Made by a program: the position numbers and the translations under genes
The notes under the pieces: model-generated
Database searches by the model: none
Told to the model about the DNA's origin: nothing
The model's input: only the letters and a program-made list of their open reading frames with translations
Assembly: GCA_035686425.1 (NCBI GenBank)
Contig: DASRZL010000154.1
Coordinates: 954-64,953, forward strand
Origin: Thermoleophilia bacterium
GTDB taxonomy: Bacteria > Actinomycetota > Thermoleophilia > UBA2241
Direction: 5' to 3'
Length of the DNA stretch: 64,000 bases
In this document: piece after piece, positions 62,561-64,000 of the stretch
Layout of the letters: each line of letters starts with the position of its first letter
How positions within the stretch are numbered: position 1 is the stretch's first letter

Positions 62561-62920
62561 ATGTGGCCCTTCAGCAGCAAGCGACGCGCCGGCGACGGCC
62601 CTGCCGCACAGGTGCCGACGATCGAGGTGAAGGAGGCGTTCGCGCGCGCCAAGCGCGGCGCCAAGCTCATCGACGTGCGCTCGCCGCGCGAGTATGCGCA
62701 CTCCGGTCACCCCAAGGGCGCGCGCAGCGTGCCGCCGAAGCTCATCAAGACGGACCAAACGGGGCTCGATCGCGACGACGACATCCTCGTGATCTGTCTG
62801 AGCGGGCACCGCAGTCCCCGGCAGGCGAAAGTGCTCGCCGAGATGGGTTTCGCGAAGGTGACGAACGTAGACGGCGGCCTCATGGCCTGGAAGAAGGCGG
62901 GACTGCCGGTCAAACGGTAG
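62561..62920 (+). CDS. Single-domain rhodanese-like sulfurtransferase.
   Basis: The active-site loop CLSGHRS is present, with the rhodanese-fold blocks LIDVRSPREYAHSGHPKGA. Confidence 0.8.
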   Translation: MWPFSSKRRAGDGPAAQVPTIEVKEAFARAKRGAKLIDVRSPREYAHSGHPKGARSVPPKLIKTDQTGLDRDDDILVICLSGHRSPRQAKVLAEMGFAKVTNVDGGLMAWKKAGLPVKR

Positions 62921-62948
62921 GGCGCGTCACGCGCGCCCGTCAGACGCC

Positions 62949-63161
62949 TCAGCCGCCTCCCGCGGCGATGCGCACGTCGCCGCCTTCTTCGACGATCACC
63001 GGCACGACGTTCATGCCGCCGGTGATCTCGGCGAGCTGCTCGAGGGCGCCGGGACTGGTGTACACGTCGATCTCGTCGTAGTCGACGCCGCGCGCCTCGA
63101 GGTCCTGCTTCGCGGCGGTGCAGTACGGACAGCCTGGCTTGGTGTAGATGATCGTGGTCAA
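62949..63161 (-). CDS. Glutaredoxin / NrdH-like redoxin (70 aa).
   Basis: The CPYC active site is in IYTKPGCPYCTAAK. The TTG start at 63161 lies 5 nt after AAGGGAGG. The upstream 12 codons of the track ORF are excluded. Confidence 0.75.
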   Translation of the reverse strand: MTTIIYTKPGCPYCTAAKQDLEARGVDYDEIDVYTSPGALEQLAEITGGMNVVPVIVEEGGDVRIAAGGG

Positions 63162-63171
63162 GGTTCCTCCC

Positions 63172-64000
63172 TTAGCGACGGTACAAGCGTAGTCCATTCG
63201 CGGTCACGATGAGAGAGGTACCCATGTCGGCGAACACCGCCAGCCAGAGGCTCACCAGGCCCAGCGGGGCGAGGACCAGGAACACCGCCTTCACGGCGAT
63301 CGAGAAGACGATGTTCTGCCAGATCACGCGGGTGGTGCGGCGGGCGAGCCGGATGGTCTCGGGGACGGCCGCCAGGTCGTCACCCATGAGGGCGATATCG
63401 GCGGTCTCGAGGGCGGCGTCGGTGCCGGCCGCGCCCATGGCGATGCCGAGGGTCGCCGCCGCAAGAGCGGGGGCGTCGTTGACGCCGTCGCCGATCATGG
63501 CGACCGCACCCGCGCGGTCGCGGAGCTCGGCGACGGCGGCGACCTTCTGCTCGGGCAGCAGCCCGGCGCGCACGTCAGTCACGCCGGCCTCGGCGGCCAC
63601 GGCCGCCGCAGTCTCAGGGTTGTCGCCGGTGAGCATGGCCACCTCGCCGATGCCGAGCGCGCGCAGCTCAGCGACCACCTCGCCGGCTCCTGCACGCAGG
63701 GGGTCGCTGACGGCGATAACGCCGAGCGCGCCGTTCTCGTCCCCGACGACGACGGCCGTCTTGCCCTGACGTTCGAACCGCTCGACGGCGTCGGTCACTC
63801 CAGCATCCGCGGCGTGCGAGCCGAGCAGATCCGGGCGGCCGACGAAGTGAAGCCGGCCGCTCAGCTCGGCCCGCACGCCGCGCCCGGGAATCGCGCGGAA
63901 GCGCTCGATGTCCGGACCGTGCGGCCCTGAGAGGTGGCCATGGGCGGAGTCGCGTCTGTTCACTCCGGACTCCTCCCAGTCGCGATCGTGTCGTCCGGCC
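63172..64000 (-). CDS. Heavy-metal P-type (P1B) ATPase, C-terminal portion only (nucleotide-binding/P-domain end plus the last two TM helices). Either it is a truncated gene with its own GTG start at 63963, or the 5' end lies beyond the window.
   Basis: FRAIPGRGV, MLTGDNPETA, GDGVNDAPALAAA and the terminal TM pair are present. TGE, CPx and DKTGT are absent. GGGAGGAG lies 5 nt upstream of the GTG at 63963. There is no in-frame stop in the remaining 37 nt. Confidence 0.6.
   Translation of the reverse strand, partial: AGRHDRDWEESGVNRRDSAHGHLSGPHGPDIERFRAIPGRGVRAELSGRLHFVGRPDLLGSHAADAGVTDAVERFERQGKTAVVVGDENGALGVIAVSDPLRAGAGEVVAELRALGIGEVAMLTGDNPETAAAVAAEAGVTDVRAGLLPEQKVAAVAELRDRAGAVAMIGDGVNDAPALAAATLGIAMGAAGTDAALETADIALMGDDLAAVPETIRLARRTTRVIWQNIVFSIAVKAVFLVLAPLGLVSLWLAVFADMGTSLIVTANGLRLYRR

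Overview
The window is a 64 kb, strongly GC-rich chromosomal segment (G/C-dominated third codon positions, Arg/Ala/Pro-rich spurious antisense ORFs). Pervasive GGAGG-type ribosome binding sites and the MMPL, TetR/MarR, DUF2207 and tandem-GNAT gene content suggest a high-GC Gram-positive (actinobacterial-like) or similar anaerobe/microaerophile; that taxonomic placement is inference only. I call about 65 protein genes. No rRNA, tRNA, CRISPR array or transposase was found.

Two things stand out.

1. Positions 4854-12486 carry a tightly coupled seven-gene cluster on the minus strand: tusA, an MvhD-like gene, an HdrA-like flavoprotein with an inserted GltD/NfnB-like NAD(P)H module, an MvhD-HdrA-ferredoxin fusion, a small winged-helix protein, a DsrE-like protein, and a QmoC-like HdrC/HdrE fusion membrane anchor. 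An ArsR-type (sHdrR/SoxR-like) regulator sits immediately upstream. The cluster is built from Qmo/Hdr-type parts plus sulfur-relay proteins but contains no HdrB/CCG-domain subunit, no AprAB and no LbpA. It matches neither QmoABC-AprAB nor the sHdr system and looks like an undescribed quinone-linked, NAD(P)H-capable, HdrA-based module.

2. A 2-Cys-type peroxiredoxin (1703-2314, minus) has an in-frame TGA exactly at the peroxidatic-cysteine codon (FTFV-TGA-PTEI) and lacks the resolving cysteine. This is a PrxU-like selenocysteine peroxiredoxin candidate with a hairpin immediately 3' of the UGA.

Other content:
- A Cys-type FdhA, with an NuoG-like N-terminus, in an operon with a MobA-MobB fusion.
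- A redox-stress island with tandem rubrerythrins, a Cys-less AhpC/TSA-like redoxin, a rhodanese and a glutaredoxin.
- Several regulator-transporter pairs (TetR-MFS, TetR-MMPL, MarR) with recognisable sigma-70-like promoters and palindromic operators.
- Two NifX/NafY-like domains, one of them fused to a CDF transporter.
- Multiple efflux and ABC systems.
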